Part shown: positions 16,634-26,309 of the stretch, one piece after another | Layout: the number at the start of each line of letters is the position of its first letter | Numbering within the stretch: position 1 is the stretch's first letter | Virus record (IMG/VR): IMGVR_UViG_3300009776_000003 | Location: 6,708 to 70,707 of that record | Length of the DNA: 64,000 bases | Strand: one strand, 5' to 3' | Source: a virus | Lineage: Duplodnaviria > Caudoviricetes | Notes under the pieces: generated by a model | Told to the model about the DNA's origin: nothing | Seen by the model: the letters and a program-made list of their open reading frames with translations, nothing else | The model's database searches: none | Position numbers and translations under genes: made by a program

Positions 16634-17226
16634 CGCGCAGGCGACCCACTAACGCTTTCGGAAGATGCGTTAAGGCGAGGTTTACAGAAGTCTTCAGGAC
16701 TCGCCAGCGGTTTTACTCACTGCCTAGCAAGATCAGGAATTTCAAAGCGTGGTTGGCTTCTCGGCACATGAAGGCTGGCGGCGAGGACTTTCCAATTCTG
16801 GTGATGTACGCGCTGCTCGACAAGATCCAATCGCTCTGCGATCTGCACATGCCGCACAGCGAATGCGACTGCGGGCCTGAGCAGTACGAGTGCGAACACT
16901 GCGGAGGTCGGAGATGGATGAGCATGAAGCAGTACATGGATCGGATGGACAAGGAGCAGGAACGCCGAGAGATCGAACAGATGTATCAGCAGTTGGAACG
17001 CTCGCTTGGAGTACCCCAGTCAAATTCCTCCCAAAAAGACAAACGGCGTACTCGGAAGGGCTCCTCAAGAGCAAGGGCAGGACTTTCTACGTTCGTGCCT
17101 TTGGAGACGCAGCTCAATGGCTCGCAGACACGAAAAAAGAAGCGCTCGTCCAGATCGAAGGCTGGCTCCAACCATACCGATGGAGAACGACCAACCGATG
17201 TCGAAGGGAACGAGTTTGCATTGTGA
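16624..17226 (+). CDS. Hypothetical protein with Cys/His cluster and coiled coil
   Basis: CDLH...HSECDC...CEHC; the K/R/S-rich tail overlaps the next ORF. Confidence 0.5.
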   Translation: MDITRRRPTNAFGRCVKARFTEVFRTRQRFYSLPSKIRNFKAWLASRHMKAGGEDFPILVMYALLDKIQSLCDLHMPHSECDCGPEQYECEHCGGRRWMSMKQYMDRMDKEQERREIEQMYQQLERSLGVPQSNSSQKDKRRTRKGSSRARAGLSTFVPLETQLNGSQTRKKKRSSRSKAGSNHTDGERPTDVEGNEFAL

Positions 17227-17285
17227 TCCGAACGATCAAGACGCTCAGAGCAAATCCCAAGTCGGTCTATAGGGATGTGATGTGA
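16914..17285 (+). CDS. Divergent OB-fold SSB-like protein lacking an acidic tail
   Basis: VGTL...VKFLP...FYVRAFGDAAQWLA...KK..LVQIEGWLQ..RW...RERVCIV aligns by eye with bacterial SSB (VFG.LAE...KG..VYIEG.L..RKW). Confidence 0.6.
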   Translation: MDEHEAVHGSDGQGAGTPRDRTDVSAVGTLAWSTPVKFLPKRQTAYSEGLLKSKGRTFYVRAFGDAAQWLADTKKEALVQIEGWLQPYRWRTTNRCRRERVCIVIRTIKTLRANPKSVYRDVM

Positions 17286-17623
17286 TGGCGTACCCAAGAC
17301 AAGAAGCCGACAACCTGCTGCGTGAGTTGACCAAGAAGTCAATGGCAGCCGCCAACATCAACGTCTTCATCGAAGAGATGATGAAGCAGTTCGGTGGTCC
17401 TGGTGGCTTGGCCAGAGAGATGCGATTGCTTTACGACGATGCACCGCCTTCGGTCAAGGCTCGCATCGCAGATGGACTGGTAACGCTGATGCTCAAGACC
17501 TCGGATGCAGGTAATCCAGAGGACTGGCTTGAGCCTCAAGATCTCGAAGCGCTGGCTCGCAACGAAATCAAGAAACTGCTGCTAGAGGAAGATGGTAGAC
17601 GGCTTGATGAAGAGATCGGCTGA
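17285..17623 (+). CDS. Probable terminase small subunit
   Basis: Small helical protein immediately upstream of, and overlapping, TerL. Confidence 0.5.
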   Translation: MAYPRQEADNLLRELTKKSMAAANINVFIEEMMKQFGGPGGLAREMRLLYDDAPPSVKARIADGLVTLMLKTSDAGNPEDWLEPQDLEALARNEIKKLLLEEDGRRLDEEIG

Positions 17624-19271
17624 CGCGCTCCGCATGAGTGCTCAGCCGAGAATCGAACCTATAGATCTCCGCGCGGAGTGCATTGCTCGCGCCAAGCGGA
17701 TGCTCTCGGTTCGCGCCAAGCGGATGTACGAGGGGCTGGCCCTCTATCAGCCGCTGCCTGCCGTCGTTCCGTTTCACTCTAGCTCAGCCAAGTGGCGGCT
17801 GTTGGACGCATCCAATCAGAGCGGTAAGACGCTGGCTGGCGCCGTAGAACTAGCCCGCTGCGTTCTTGATCAAGATCCCTACCGTAAGTACCCTCGCCAA
17901 AACGGCAAAGCCATCGTCGTTGGGCTGGATGAGAAACACTTGGCTGATCCGATCTGGGTCAAGCTCGGAGAGCCTGGTGCCTTTCACATCATCCGCGACG
18001 AGCACACCAAGCTATGGCGAGCTGTTCGACCAGACCCAGAGAATCCCAGACGACTCGATCCCTACGATGCGGCATACAGAGAGAAGTGGAAGGATGCCCC
18101 TCCGCTCATTCCTCAACGTATGCTCGTCGGTGGCCAGCCTACTTGGTACGACAAGGGCAAGCGAATCCCTCACTCGCTCAACCTTCGCAATGGCTGGACG
18201 GTTCGTTTCACTGGATCGAAGGGCAAGGCTGAACAGGGCACCCAATACCGCTTCGGCTGGATTGACGAGCACATCGAGGACGAGAGCCACTACGTTGAAA
18301 TGAATCGCGGATTCATGCGCCACGCAGGAGTTGGCGTGTGGACCGCTACGGCACAAACCGTTAATTTCCAGCTTACTGACCTGCGCGAACGAGCCGCCAA
18401 AGGCGAGAAGAAGATCCTCGCCATCCAGTTGCTGCTGGAAGACAACCCCTTCATCTCGACCGAAGCGAAGCAGGACTTCTTCGACATCCTCTCTGAGGAC
18501 GAGCGAGCAGTCCGCTTCTACGGTAAGCCAGCCATCGCTGGAAGACTCATTTACTGGATGTTCAAGCCGCAGGAAGACCATGGCTGCGAGCCGTTTGATA
18601 TCCCAGATGATTGGTCGAGATACATCTTCCTTGATCCTGGTCGTCAGAACTGCGGAACCATCTTCGTTGCGGTAGATCCAGAAGAGAAGCACCGCTGGGT
18701 CTACGACAGTTTCATCCTGCGGCACAGTGATGCCTCTACTTGGGCGCATGAAGTCAAGATGCGTCAAGGCAAGCGTAAGTACGAGTGCGTGGTGTGCGAC
18801 CAGCGAGCCGGTAAGCAGACCTCGATGGGTCGCTCGACCGGCGACACCGTTGCACACCACTACTTTCAAGCGCTGATGGAGGAAGGCGTCTCGCTGCGGA
18901 GAGTTGGCAGTATGGACGGTTTCTTCGCTGCTAGTGCTGATGTATCCGCGAGAGAAGAGTGCCTCATCCAGTGGATGGCCATCCGAGAGATCGGTCCCTT
19001 CACTGGATCACCGCTGCTGAAGATGTTTCGTGGTCGCAATAAGGATCTTGAGCGACAGATTTACCGAGCGCACATGAAGCTCGACAGAGCCGACAAGCGT
19101 GAGCGCTTGGAGAGTGATGCCCTAGACTGCCTCGAATACGCGGCAGCCTATAACCCAACCTATTACCCACCAGAGCCAATCGACAACTCACGCGACGACA
19201 AAGTCTACCAAGCCTACCTTCGTCGCAAAGAGGGTCGTAGTCGCCAACTTGCAGGCGCTGTGTTGGGGTAG
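17592..19271 (+). CDS. terL: Terminase large subunit
   Basis: Walker A ASNQSGKT, Walker B FGWIDE, RNase-H-like IFLDPG and C-terminal DALDCLEY. Confidence 0.9.
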   Translation: MVDGLMKRSADALRMSAQPRIEPIDLRAECIARAKRMLSVRAKRMYEGLALYQPLPAVVPFHSSSAKWRLLDASNQSGKTLAGAVELARCVLDQDPYRKYPRQNGKAIVVGLDEKHLADPIWVKLGEPGAFHIIRDEHTKLWRAVRPDPENPRRLDPYDAAYREKWKDAPPLIPQRMLVGGQPTWYDKGKRIPHSLNLRNGWTVRFTGSKGKAEQGTQYRFGWIDEHIEDESHYVEMNRGFMRHAGVGVWTATAQTVNFQLTDLRERAAKGEKKILAIQLLLEDNPFISTEAKQDFFDILSEDERAVRFYGKPAIAGRLIYWMFKPQEDHGCEPFDIPDDWSRYIFLDPGRQNCGTIFVAVDPEEKHRWVYDSFILRHSDASTWAHEVKMRQGKRKYECVVCDQRAGKQTSMGRSTGDTVAHHYFQALMEEGVSLRRVGSMDGFFAASADVSAREECLIQWMAIREIGPFTGSPLLKMFRGRNKDLERQIYRAHMKLDRADKRERLESDALDCLEYAAAYNPTYYPPEPIDNSRDDKVYQAYLRRKEGRSRQLAGAVLG

Positions 19272-19294
19272 GTCAACCGCCAAAGGAGTTCTTT

Positions 19295-19654
19295 GTGGAT
19301 TGGAAGTTTCCAGAGATTGAAGTCAGTGACCCTGTTGAATTCACGATCCGTCCTGGTCAGGCGGACACCTCGCTCGCTTGGGTCGTTCGCAAGCGTGCTC
19401 GCAGTTGCGATGTGCTGACCTTCGTAGGTGGCCGACCAGTGCTCCGCGAAGAGTGCATCCACGCTGACGATCCAGACTTGGCTGATCGCATGGATATGTT
19501 CAACGACGGCACCATCGGTGGCGTGTTCCGCATCGCCAAGTACATCCAAGACAATCGCAACCTCAGCCGCAGGATTCAGCGCTGCGAAGAGTTTTGCAGC
19601 GATCTGAGCAAGCGGCTTGAGGATCTTGGCAAGCTCATGAAGAACGGTAGGTAG
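19295..19654 (+). CDS. Hypothetical protein
   Basis: AAGGAG RBS; fills the gap between TerL and portal. Confidence 0.6.
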   Translation: MDWKFPEIEVSDPVEFTIRPGQADTSLAWVVRKRARSCDVLTFVGGRPVLREECIHADDPDLADRMDMFNDGTIGGVFRIAKYIQDNRNLSRRIQRCEEFCSDLSKRLEDLGKLMKNGR

Positions 19655-19655
19655 C

Positions 19656-21602
19656 ATGGACATCCTCAACTCGATTGTGCGGCTGTGGCTGAAGCAGATC
19701 GATCGCGCTCGCAAGGACAAATGGGAGCGCTTCGGCAAGACCGCCGACCGAGCATGGGGATTCCTCGGCAAGGGCTACAAGGATCTCTACATCGAGTGCG
19801 ATGATCCCACCTTTCCAGATGGAAAGGGAGCACCGTACTTCAAGGTAAAGATCGCCAAGAGCCGAGAGTACGTCAACCTGATGCTGCCGTACTTGCATCA
19901 CAAGATTCCTCATCGGCAGGTGACGCCAGACCGGCCACCGATTCCACCGGAATTGATTGGTTTGCCTCCTGGCGTCCCCATGCCGCCGTCACCGATGCAG
20001 ACTCGCGACCAGATGTTGGCGTGGATGCTGCACTGGTGGCTCAATTACCTGCCTCGCATCAGCGGACTGGCCGACGAGTGCCGACTGGCGATACCTGAAG
20101 CGCTGGTCAAAGGTCGCGGTGTGGTGTGGCATGAGATGATGGAAGGCCCTACCGGCTTCGTTCCATGCTCCACCTATGACAGCGTGGACAACCTGCTCAT
20201 CGATCCAGACTCCAGTCGCTTGCGTGATGCTGGATATACGGTACGCATCCGCAGGCGTAGTCTGTGGCGGATCTCCGAAGAGTTCGAGATTCCCAGAGAG
20301 CAGCTGAAGTCGGCCCACTACAGCAACTTCTCGGAGGCCGCGTGGGATGCGCTGGGTCATCCAGACTTTACCGCCGACCTGAAGGAAGACGAGAAGGGCG
20401 ACGTAGGAATCTACTACGAAGTCTACTCTCGTATGGGCATTGGCAACAAGTTCTTTGGCGCCGACGAGGACGCGAAGAAACTGGCCGAGGCATTGGGCGA
20501 GACCGGCGACAACGTCTGGCTCTGCGTGATGCCTGGTGTCCCATACCCACTGAACCTGCCTCCGTGGATCACTGGCGGCGGTGACGCTGCTTCGCTGTTC
20601 TCAGAGATCCAGCGACGGATCGAATGGCCCATTAAATTCTACGGCAATCCGTTCAATCCTTGGGCCTTCAGTCCACTGGACTTTTACCCCAACACCGACA
20701 ACTGTTGGGCCACTAGTCCACTAGAAGCAGCGCTGCCACTGCAAGCGTTCCTCGATCACGCCTACAGCTTCCTGATGAGTAAGGTCCGCACCACCTGCCG
20801 AGACCTGATCATCACCTCGGCGGCGCTGGACGAAGACATTCGCACCGCACTCATCGAGGGATTGGATCAAGAGGTCGTCACCGCGAAGGGGGAGGTCCGT
20901 AAGGATCTCAGCGAACTGGCGTATGTGCTCCAGTTCCCAGCGATGAATGGCGACCTGATGAACGTCATCTCCATGGCAGAGCGCGCCTTCGAGCGACAGA
21001 CAGGTCTCGATCCTCTGCTCTATGGCGGCGTGAACCAGCAGATGCGATCCGCGCAGGAAGCGTTCGTCAGGCAGGACAACCTAAGCAACCGGCCAGACGA
21101 CATGGCCCAGTGTACGGAGTCCTGGCAGTCGCTGATCTCTGCGAAGGAAGCGGCTGCCACCAGAATGCACACGCCTGCGGAAGTGGTGTCGCCACTGTTC
21201 GGTGGAAGGACGCTGCCGGTTCCTACGCAGATGGGAATGACTGAGGTTCCGCTGGAGCAGATCTGGACCAACGTCGTCAACACGCCAGACGAGAACCTCG
21301 CCTGTAGCGAAGTGGACTATACGGTCGAAGCTGGCAGCGGTCGGCGTAAGAACAAGCAGAAAATGACCAGCGATGCTCAGGCGCTGACTCAGACTCTCCT
21401 GCAACCGATGTTCGCGGTCGCTCAGCAGACTGGCAACACGCAACCGTTTAACGCACTACTGGACATTCTCGGTGACGCGCTGGACATCGACATGACCAAG
21501 CTCCATATCCAGCCACCACCGCCCCCACCGATGCAGGCGCCGCCACAAGGACCGCCGCCTGAACAAGGACCACCCCAGCCCCAAGGACCACCCAATGGTT
21601 AG
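19656..21602 (+). CDS. Portal protein (P22-like)
   Basis: 648 aa after TerL; LLIDPD, helical C-terminal part and Pro/Gln-rich tail. Confidence 0.8.
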   Translation: MDILNSIVRLWLKQIDRARKDKWERFGKTADRAWGFLGKGYKDLYIECDDPTFPDGKGAPYFKVKIAKSREYVNLMLPYLHHKIPHRQVTPDRPPIPPELIGLPPGVPMPPSPMQTRDQMLAWMLHWWLNYLPRISGLADECRLAIPEALVKGRGVVWHEMMEGPTGFVPCSTYDSVDNLLIDPDSSRLRDAGYTVRIRRRSLWRISEEFEIPREQLKSAHYSNFSEAAWDALGHPDFTADLKEDEKGDVGIYYEVYSRMGIGNKFFGADEDAKKLAEALGETGDNVWLCVMPGVPYPLNLPPWITGGGDAASLFSEIQRRIEWPIKFYGNPFNPWAFSPLDFYPNTDNCWATSPLEAALPLQAFLDHAYSFLMSKVRTTCRDLIITSAALDEDIRTALIEGLDQEVVTAKGEVRKDLSELAYVLQFPAMNGDLMNVISMAERAFERQTGLDPLLYGGVNQQMRSAQEAFVRQDNLSNRPDDMAQCTESWQSLISAKEAAATRMHTPAEVVSPLFGGRTLPVPTQMGMTEVPLEQIWTNVVNTPDENLACSEVDYTVEAGSGRRKNKQKMTSDAQALTQTLLQPMFAVAQQTGNTQPFNALLDILGDALDIDMTKLHIQPPPPPPMQAPPQGPPPEQGPPQPQGPPNG

Positions 21603-22071
21603 GAGACTCTCCAGAGAGGATCGCCTGCGACTGAGGAGCCGCATTGGTATCCCAGCCATGCTAGGCAGCAACAAGCGATTTATGGCCGACACGCCGCACT
21701 ACGACGCATTTGGGACGAAGTGGAGGGCCGAGCAGGCTATTGAGGCAGCGCGGCGTGCAGGCGTGAATCCGACCGGAAAGAAGTTTATTACACAGCTTTG
21801 CCGCAAAGGAATGCCCAACGATCCAGAGGCGTGGGTAGATTCGCTGGATGATGTCCGCAGAGTCTGCGAGAAGCGAGGCTGGGGCTGCGACGGTGCGGTG
21901 AAGGTGTCCCAGCCGTCGATCAGCGTCGAAGATCCAGAGCCTTGCATCGCTGACGACATTGTGGAATCCATGATCGAAGACAAGGAAGTCGAGACTAAGC
22001 AGCCGATCACTGGCAAGGAACGCAAGGACTTGAAAGAGTCGCTCAAAAAGAAACACACTCCGAGGAAGTAA
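21595..22071 (+). CDS. Hypothetical virion-morphogenesis protein
   Basis: Coupled to the portal gene; coding-like. Confidence 0.55.
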   Translation: MVRRLSREDRLRLRSRIGIPAMLGSNKRFMADTPHYDAFGTKWRAEQAIEAARRAGVNPTGKKFITQLCRKGMPNDPEAWVDSLDDVRRVCEKRGWGCDGAVKVSQPSISVEDPEPCIADDIVESMIEDKEVETKQPITGKERKDLKESLKKKHTPRK

Positions 22072-22074
22072 GCC

Positions 22075-23256
22075 ATGGCACAACCGCTGCTATATACATA
22101 CTACGATGCGCTTGCTGCGGCTACCGACTTCCTCGGCGGCAACGCGACCAGCGCCGCACAAGGCGAGATCAAGCGAGCGATCCAAGCGGCGTATCGCGAG
22201 ATCAATGACATCCATGATTGGAAGTTTCTGTACAAGCAAGGTAGGGTTCATTTGGTCGCTCCATACACCACTGGAACCTGTACGTATGATCACTCTGGGG
22301 GCAGTACCTGCGAGAACCAGCTCACCCTCACCACTGGAACATGGCCGTCTTGGGCAGCTAGCGGCGTCGTCCAGATCGGAACCGAGAACTACTTCTGCCA
22401 TGTTGCGGCTCGCAAGAGCGACACCGTCTTGCAGTTAGACCCCACGCTAAATCCTGGTGAGGACGTTTCCACCGCTTCGACATACAGCATCTTCAAACAG
22501 TGGTACGATCTGCCTTGGGACTTCAGCGAACTGTCGGAAGTGTGGACCGAGGACAGCTACAAGAACGCACCGATCCTCGGATGGAATGACTTCGAGGCTG
22601 TTACGAAGTACAACACCGAGACTGGAACACCTGACTACTACTGCGTCCGTCCGGTTCAGGATCTCTACGGTACGATGGGACTGTGGATCTACCCACGCGC
22701 CGATGCCGCAGGAGTCATCGACTTCATCTACAAGCGCAAGCCTCGCCAGCTTCGCTACAGCGGTTGGGACGCCAACGATACGGTGGGCACCATTACGGTC
22801 GTCGCTGGAAACGCTGGCGTCACTGGAAGCAGTACTGTATTCGCCTCTAGGCATGTCGGTTCGGTGCTACGAGTCGGCTCTGACTCTACCCACATTCCCA
22901 CCGGACTCGATGGAAACTATCCGTTCGATGACGAGCGGATCATCTCTGCGTACACTGGCGCCACTGCGGTCACTCTCGACACCACGATCACTACTAGCCG
23001 CAGTGGCGTCAAGTACTGCCTCACCGACCCCATCGACCTTCACCCCATTGTCTACACTGCGTTTCAGCGGTGCGTCGAAAAGCATCTGGCCATTGCAAAG
23101 AACATGCAGAACAAGGCCGAGGTGTTTGCCGCCTATCAGGACGCACTGTTCATCGCCAAGAACGCAGACTGCTATACCACACCACGCCAAGTCGCCGCGC
23201 ACCGTCCCTCGCCGACCACTCGACTCGCCGATTACTCTGTAACCGACAATATGTAA
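22075..23256 (+). CDS. Head-tail adaptor protein with inserted beta domains
   Basis: Helical N-terminus (IKRAIQAAYREI..HDWKFL), GTPDYY and LWIYPRADA motifs of podoviral adaptors. Confidence 0.65.
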   Translation: MAQPLLYTYYDALAAATDFLGGNATSAAQGEIKRAIQAAYREINDIHDWKFLYKQGRVHLVAPYTTGTCTYDHSGGSTCENQLTLTTGTWPSWAASGVVQIGTENYFCHVAARKSDTVLQLDPTLNPGEDVSTASTYSIFKQWYDLPWDFSELSEVWTEDSYKNAPILGWNDFEAVTKYNTETGTPDYYCVRPVQDLYGTMGLWIYPRADAAGVIDFIYKRKPRQLRYSGWDANDTVGTITVVAGNAGVTGSSTVFASRHVGSVLRVGSDSTHIPTGLDGNYPFDDERIISAYTGATAVTLDTTITTSRSGVKYCLTDPIDLHPIVYTAFQRCVEKHLAIAKNMQNKAEVFAAYQDALFIAKNADCYTTPRQVAAHRPSPTTRLADYSVTDNM

Positions 23257-23267
23257 GGAGTTCTTAG

Positions 23268-23546
23268 ATGGCACTCTCTGCCGATGCGAAAAGGTATCTC
23301 AATACGGCAATGGCCAACGATACGCTCGGAGCGGAAATCGCCACAGCCATGGACGCCAATACGGTGAAGACCGGCATTACGTCTGGTCAGGCCGCAGCCA
23401 TTGCTGCAAACACGCTGAAGACCAGCTTCCCCTACTCGCAGGCAGCGACGGTGACGGCAGTAAGCCTTACCGCGACCACTGCCGTCGTCCGCGCTCGCGT
23501 CAGCGCGATCCTAGTCAAACTCAAGGCAGCTAAGTTGATGGCATAA
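23268..23546 (+). CDS. Small Ala-rich virion protein
   Basis: TAAGGAG RBS; within the structural operon. Confidence 0.55.
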   Translation: MALSADAKRYLNTAMANDTLGAEIATAMDANTVKTGITSGQAAAIAANTLKTSFPYSQAATVTAVSLTATTAVVRARVSAILVKLKAAKLMA

Positions 23547-23548
23547 TT

Positions 23549-23725
23549 ATGGCTGAACGGCCCAGACGCACCGTAAAGATCCGCGAGTTCAGCGGAATGG
23601 TGTCGAACCGAGGGCCACTGGTCGGAAGACCCTCTGACGCCAAACTGCTGATCAACTGCCGGTCCATTTCTCCTGGTGTACTGGAGGTGCGTGGCGGTAT
23701 GCGCCCACTCCAGTTTAGGAGTTAA
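23549..23725 (+). CDS. 58-aa peptide resembling the N-terminus of podoviral tail nozzle proteins
   Basis: Manual translation MAERPRRTVKIREFSGMVSNRGPLVGRPSDAKLLINCRSISPGVLEVRGGMRPLQFRS; missed by the ORF track. Confidence 0.6.
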   Translation: MAERPRRTVKIREFSGMVSNRGPLVGRPSDAKLLINCRSISPGVLEVRGGMRPLQFRS

Positions 23726-23727
23726 TC

Positions 23728-24231
23728 ATGGCGTATGTTCCAGTGACTTGTGCATGGTACGACAGCGACGGCTGGGACATGCATAGCACTCCGATCTACG
23801 ACGATACGACGCAGCCTTATACCCTCACCAACAGTTACTGGTGTTGGCATGAGTTGGCTGAGTATTCCGACCGACCGCCAGTGCCGTCAGGTTCAGCAGT
23901 TCGCTACCTGCGGCAGTTGTCCACTACCGGCTGGGGCGCAGGTTCGGCAGGCGTGGCATCGGTAGTTGATCCTGGCGGCACCAATCTCCACGCGATCAAG
24001 TTCACTTCCACCGTACTGACCAACCTATCGGCTGGCGAGTACTGTATCTGCTGGTTGTATAACCGCAGCGGAACGCACTGGGCTTACTACCAGCGGATCA
24101 TCATTCAAGATCCTGCTGGCGGCGGCTCTGGTCGCGTGATCTCTCTTTATACCTACGACACGCCTGAAGCGGTCAACGTCGTCTACGAGACCGAGGGTGG
24201 CAGTCTGATTGTGGGACAAGATCCAGCATGA
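23728..24231 (+). CDS. Putative virion structural protein
   Basis: AGGAG RBS; beta-rich; within the tail operon. Confidence 0.55.
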   Translation: MAYVPVTCAWYDSDGWDMHSTPIYDDTTQPYTLTNSYWCWHELAEYSDRPPVPSGSAVRYLRQLSTTGWGAGSAGVASVVDPGGTNLHAIKFTSTVLTNLSAGEYCICWLYNRSGTHWAYYQRIIIQDPAGGGSGRVISLYTYDTPEAVNVVYETEGGSLIVGQDPA

Positions 24232-26309
24232 CAACCACGCTCAAAACAGGACTGAACACCTACCAGCCGCTGTGCATGGCCACTGCGCCAGACGGCGTGC
24301 TGTACGGTCACAACGGTCTTGATCGACCCATTCGCTGGGACGGCAGGACTTCTACCTCGCAGGACAGTGGGATAGATGCTCCAACCACTGGACTCACCGT
24401 CGCGTCAAGCGGCAGCGGGACCATCTGGGGCGACTACAAGATCTACGTTCGCTTCTGCGATGCGGACGAAACGGCATCCAGTTGGAGTACTTCGGCAGTT
24501 ACCTCGGTAGCTTCTGGTACTCCAGTCGCTGGATTTGACTATACCAATATTCCAGTCTCTTCCAACTCTCGCATCACCAAGCGCCAGATCTGGCGAAACA
24601 CTAAGGATCAGTACATCACTTGGTACTTGGATGCCGAGATCAACGATAACTCGACCACCACTAGCCACACCACCTACACCGACGACCAGTTGGTGGCCAG
24701 AGATTCGTTGCGTCTGCTGACGAAGGATGGATGGCCCAACGCCAACAGGTTCACCCCACCTCCTCGGTGGATGTCAGTGATTGTAGGTTACGCGGATCGC
24801 ATGTGGTTTCTGGTGCCTGCGGATTACAGTGCTGGAAAGGTGACGGCCAGCACCACCACTGCCACCGCCAGTGGCGTCCGCTTCAATACCGGCATGATTG
24901 GCTGGAAGGTGCGAGCGTCTGGCCGCACTCCTGGTCGGATCATCTCGATCACCACCACCACCATTACCTATAGCTCCACCTCGGCTGGTCTGGGAACAGT
25001 GGGCGATTACTACTCGGTGACGCCTACCGCAGACGAGCGCAACCGCATTTACTTCAGCGAAGCGAGCGAGCCAGAGAGTGTGCCAACGGTCAACGCGATT
25101 GACTGCCAAGATGATGGCGATGTGCTCACTGGTGCCGCCGCTTTCGCTGGATCATTGTACCTGTTCAAGCAGCGGCACACCTACCGACTGAGCACTGCTG
25201 GCAATCCTCGCAAGGACGCTAACATCATGCCAGCCAGTGGGCGTGGTTGTATCAACCAGCGGTGCTGGTGCCGCGTGGAAGACAGTCTGTTCGTTGTCGA
25301 TCAGGCTGGCGCCTATATGTTCAGCGGTGGTGGAGCGCAGCCCATCAGCGGTCCAGTACAGGACTACTGGCGCAGTCGCATTAACTGGGCGCAGCAAAAG
25401 TGGTTCCATGTGGCCTACAGTCATCCAGAGGAAACGGTCAAGTTCTATGTCGCCTTCGACTCCGAGACTTGGCCGAAGCACGCGCTGTGCTACCACACTC
25501 GATTGCAGAACTGGTGGCTGGAAGACTACGAGTTCGACATCGGCGCCTCGGCAGTGTGCCCCATCGCTGGTACGGATCGGCTCATCGTTGGCAGTGAGTC
25601 TGGAGTTCAGCTCACCAACGAGGGGATCTTCGACGGCTTCGCTTACGAGGCTGCGGAGAATGAGGAGGAACTAGACTCCTCAGTCACTACCACTGTTCGC
25701 GGTACGGTGACTGGTGCTGCGGCCACGCGGATCGAGGACAGTGCCGCCAACTGGGACTTCAGCGGCTGGAACTCCAGTCCAGAGACCGTAGGCGCACCGC
25801 TGGTGGTGATCCATTCGGATGGTTCCTACGAGACCAAGCGGATCTCCAGCATCACTGGAACATCGATCATTGTGCAGACCAGCTTTGATGTGACGCCAAG
25901 CGTAGGCGACACCTACCAGATCGGAGGCATTCCCTACGAAGCTATCTTCGGCGCCTTCGAGATCCTAGAGAACGAGCGCCACAATGTACGCTCGGTTCGC
26001 GTTGGCTACCAGCCGCTTGAGCAGGACGGCACACTGAACGTCAGCGCGTACTACAACCACTCCGAGACCGCTCGCACGCTTGGCCATATCCCCTACGACA
26101 GCGATACTGGACTGTCCATCGCTAGAAGCAGCGAGAATGCGGTAATCGATCTGGAGAAGACCGAAGGCGTCAGCCCCTCGGTCGATGTCAGTGGTCACAT
26201 GGAAGGCGGCACTCCAGCGGATCGGTTCATTACCATCAAGCTCAGTGGCGTGACTGGCAGGCAGAAGCCGAAGATCTACTTTGTGGATGTGGATGGGGTG
26301 GAGTCCTAG
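24228..26309 (+). CDS. Tail nozzle / tubular protein B-like (P22 gp10-like)
   Basis: Beta-propeller repeats (RIYFSEASEPES, GDVLTG, SLYLFK, GRGCINQR) and position before the fibre and ejection genes. Confidence 0.7.
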   Translation: MTTTLKTGLNTYQPLCMATAPDGVLYGHNGLDRPIRWDGRTSTSQDSGIDAPTTGLTVASSGSGTIWGDYKIYVRFCDADETASSWSTSAVTSVASGTPVAGFDYTNIPVSSNSRITKRQIWRNTKDQYITWYLDAEINDNSTTTSHTTYTDDQLVARDSLRLLTKDGWPNANRFTPPPRWMSVIVGYADRMWFLVPADYSAGKVTASTTTATASGVRFNTGMIGWKVRASGRTPGRIISITTTTITYSSTSAGLGTVGDYYSVTPTADERNRIYFSEASEPESVPTVNAIDCQDDGDVLTGAAAFAGSLYLFKQRHTYRLSTAGNPRKDANIMPASGRGCINQRCWCRVEDSLFVVDQAGAYMFSGGGAQPISGPVQDYWRSRINWAQQKWFHVAYSHPEETVKFYVAFDSETWPKHALCYHTRLQNWWLEDYEFDIGASAVCPIAGTDRLIVGSESGVQLTNEGIFDGFAYEAAENEEELDSSVTTTVRGTVTGAAATRIEDSAANWDFSGWNSSPETVGAPLVVIHSDGSYETKRISSITGTSIIVQTSFDVTPSVGDTYQIGGIPYEAIFGAFEILENERHNVRSVRVGYQPLEQDGTLNVSAYYNHSETARTLGHIPYDSDTGLSIARSSENAVIDLEKTEGVSPSVDVSGHMEGGTPADRFITIKLSGVTGRQKPKIYFVDVDGVES

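Noticed and set aside
17020-17045. Programmed -1 frameshift at CCCAAAA linking the two overlapping ORFs
   Set aside because: The heptamer is phased in the downstream frame, not the upstream one, and the SSB similarity starts before it.
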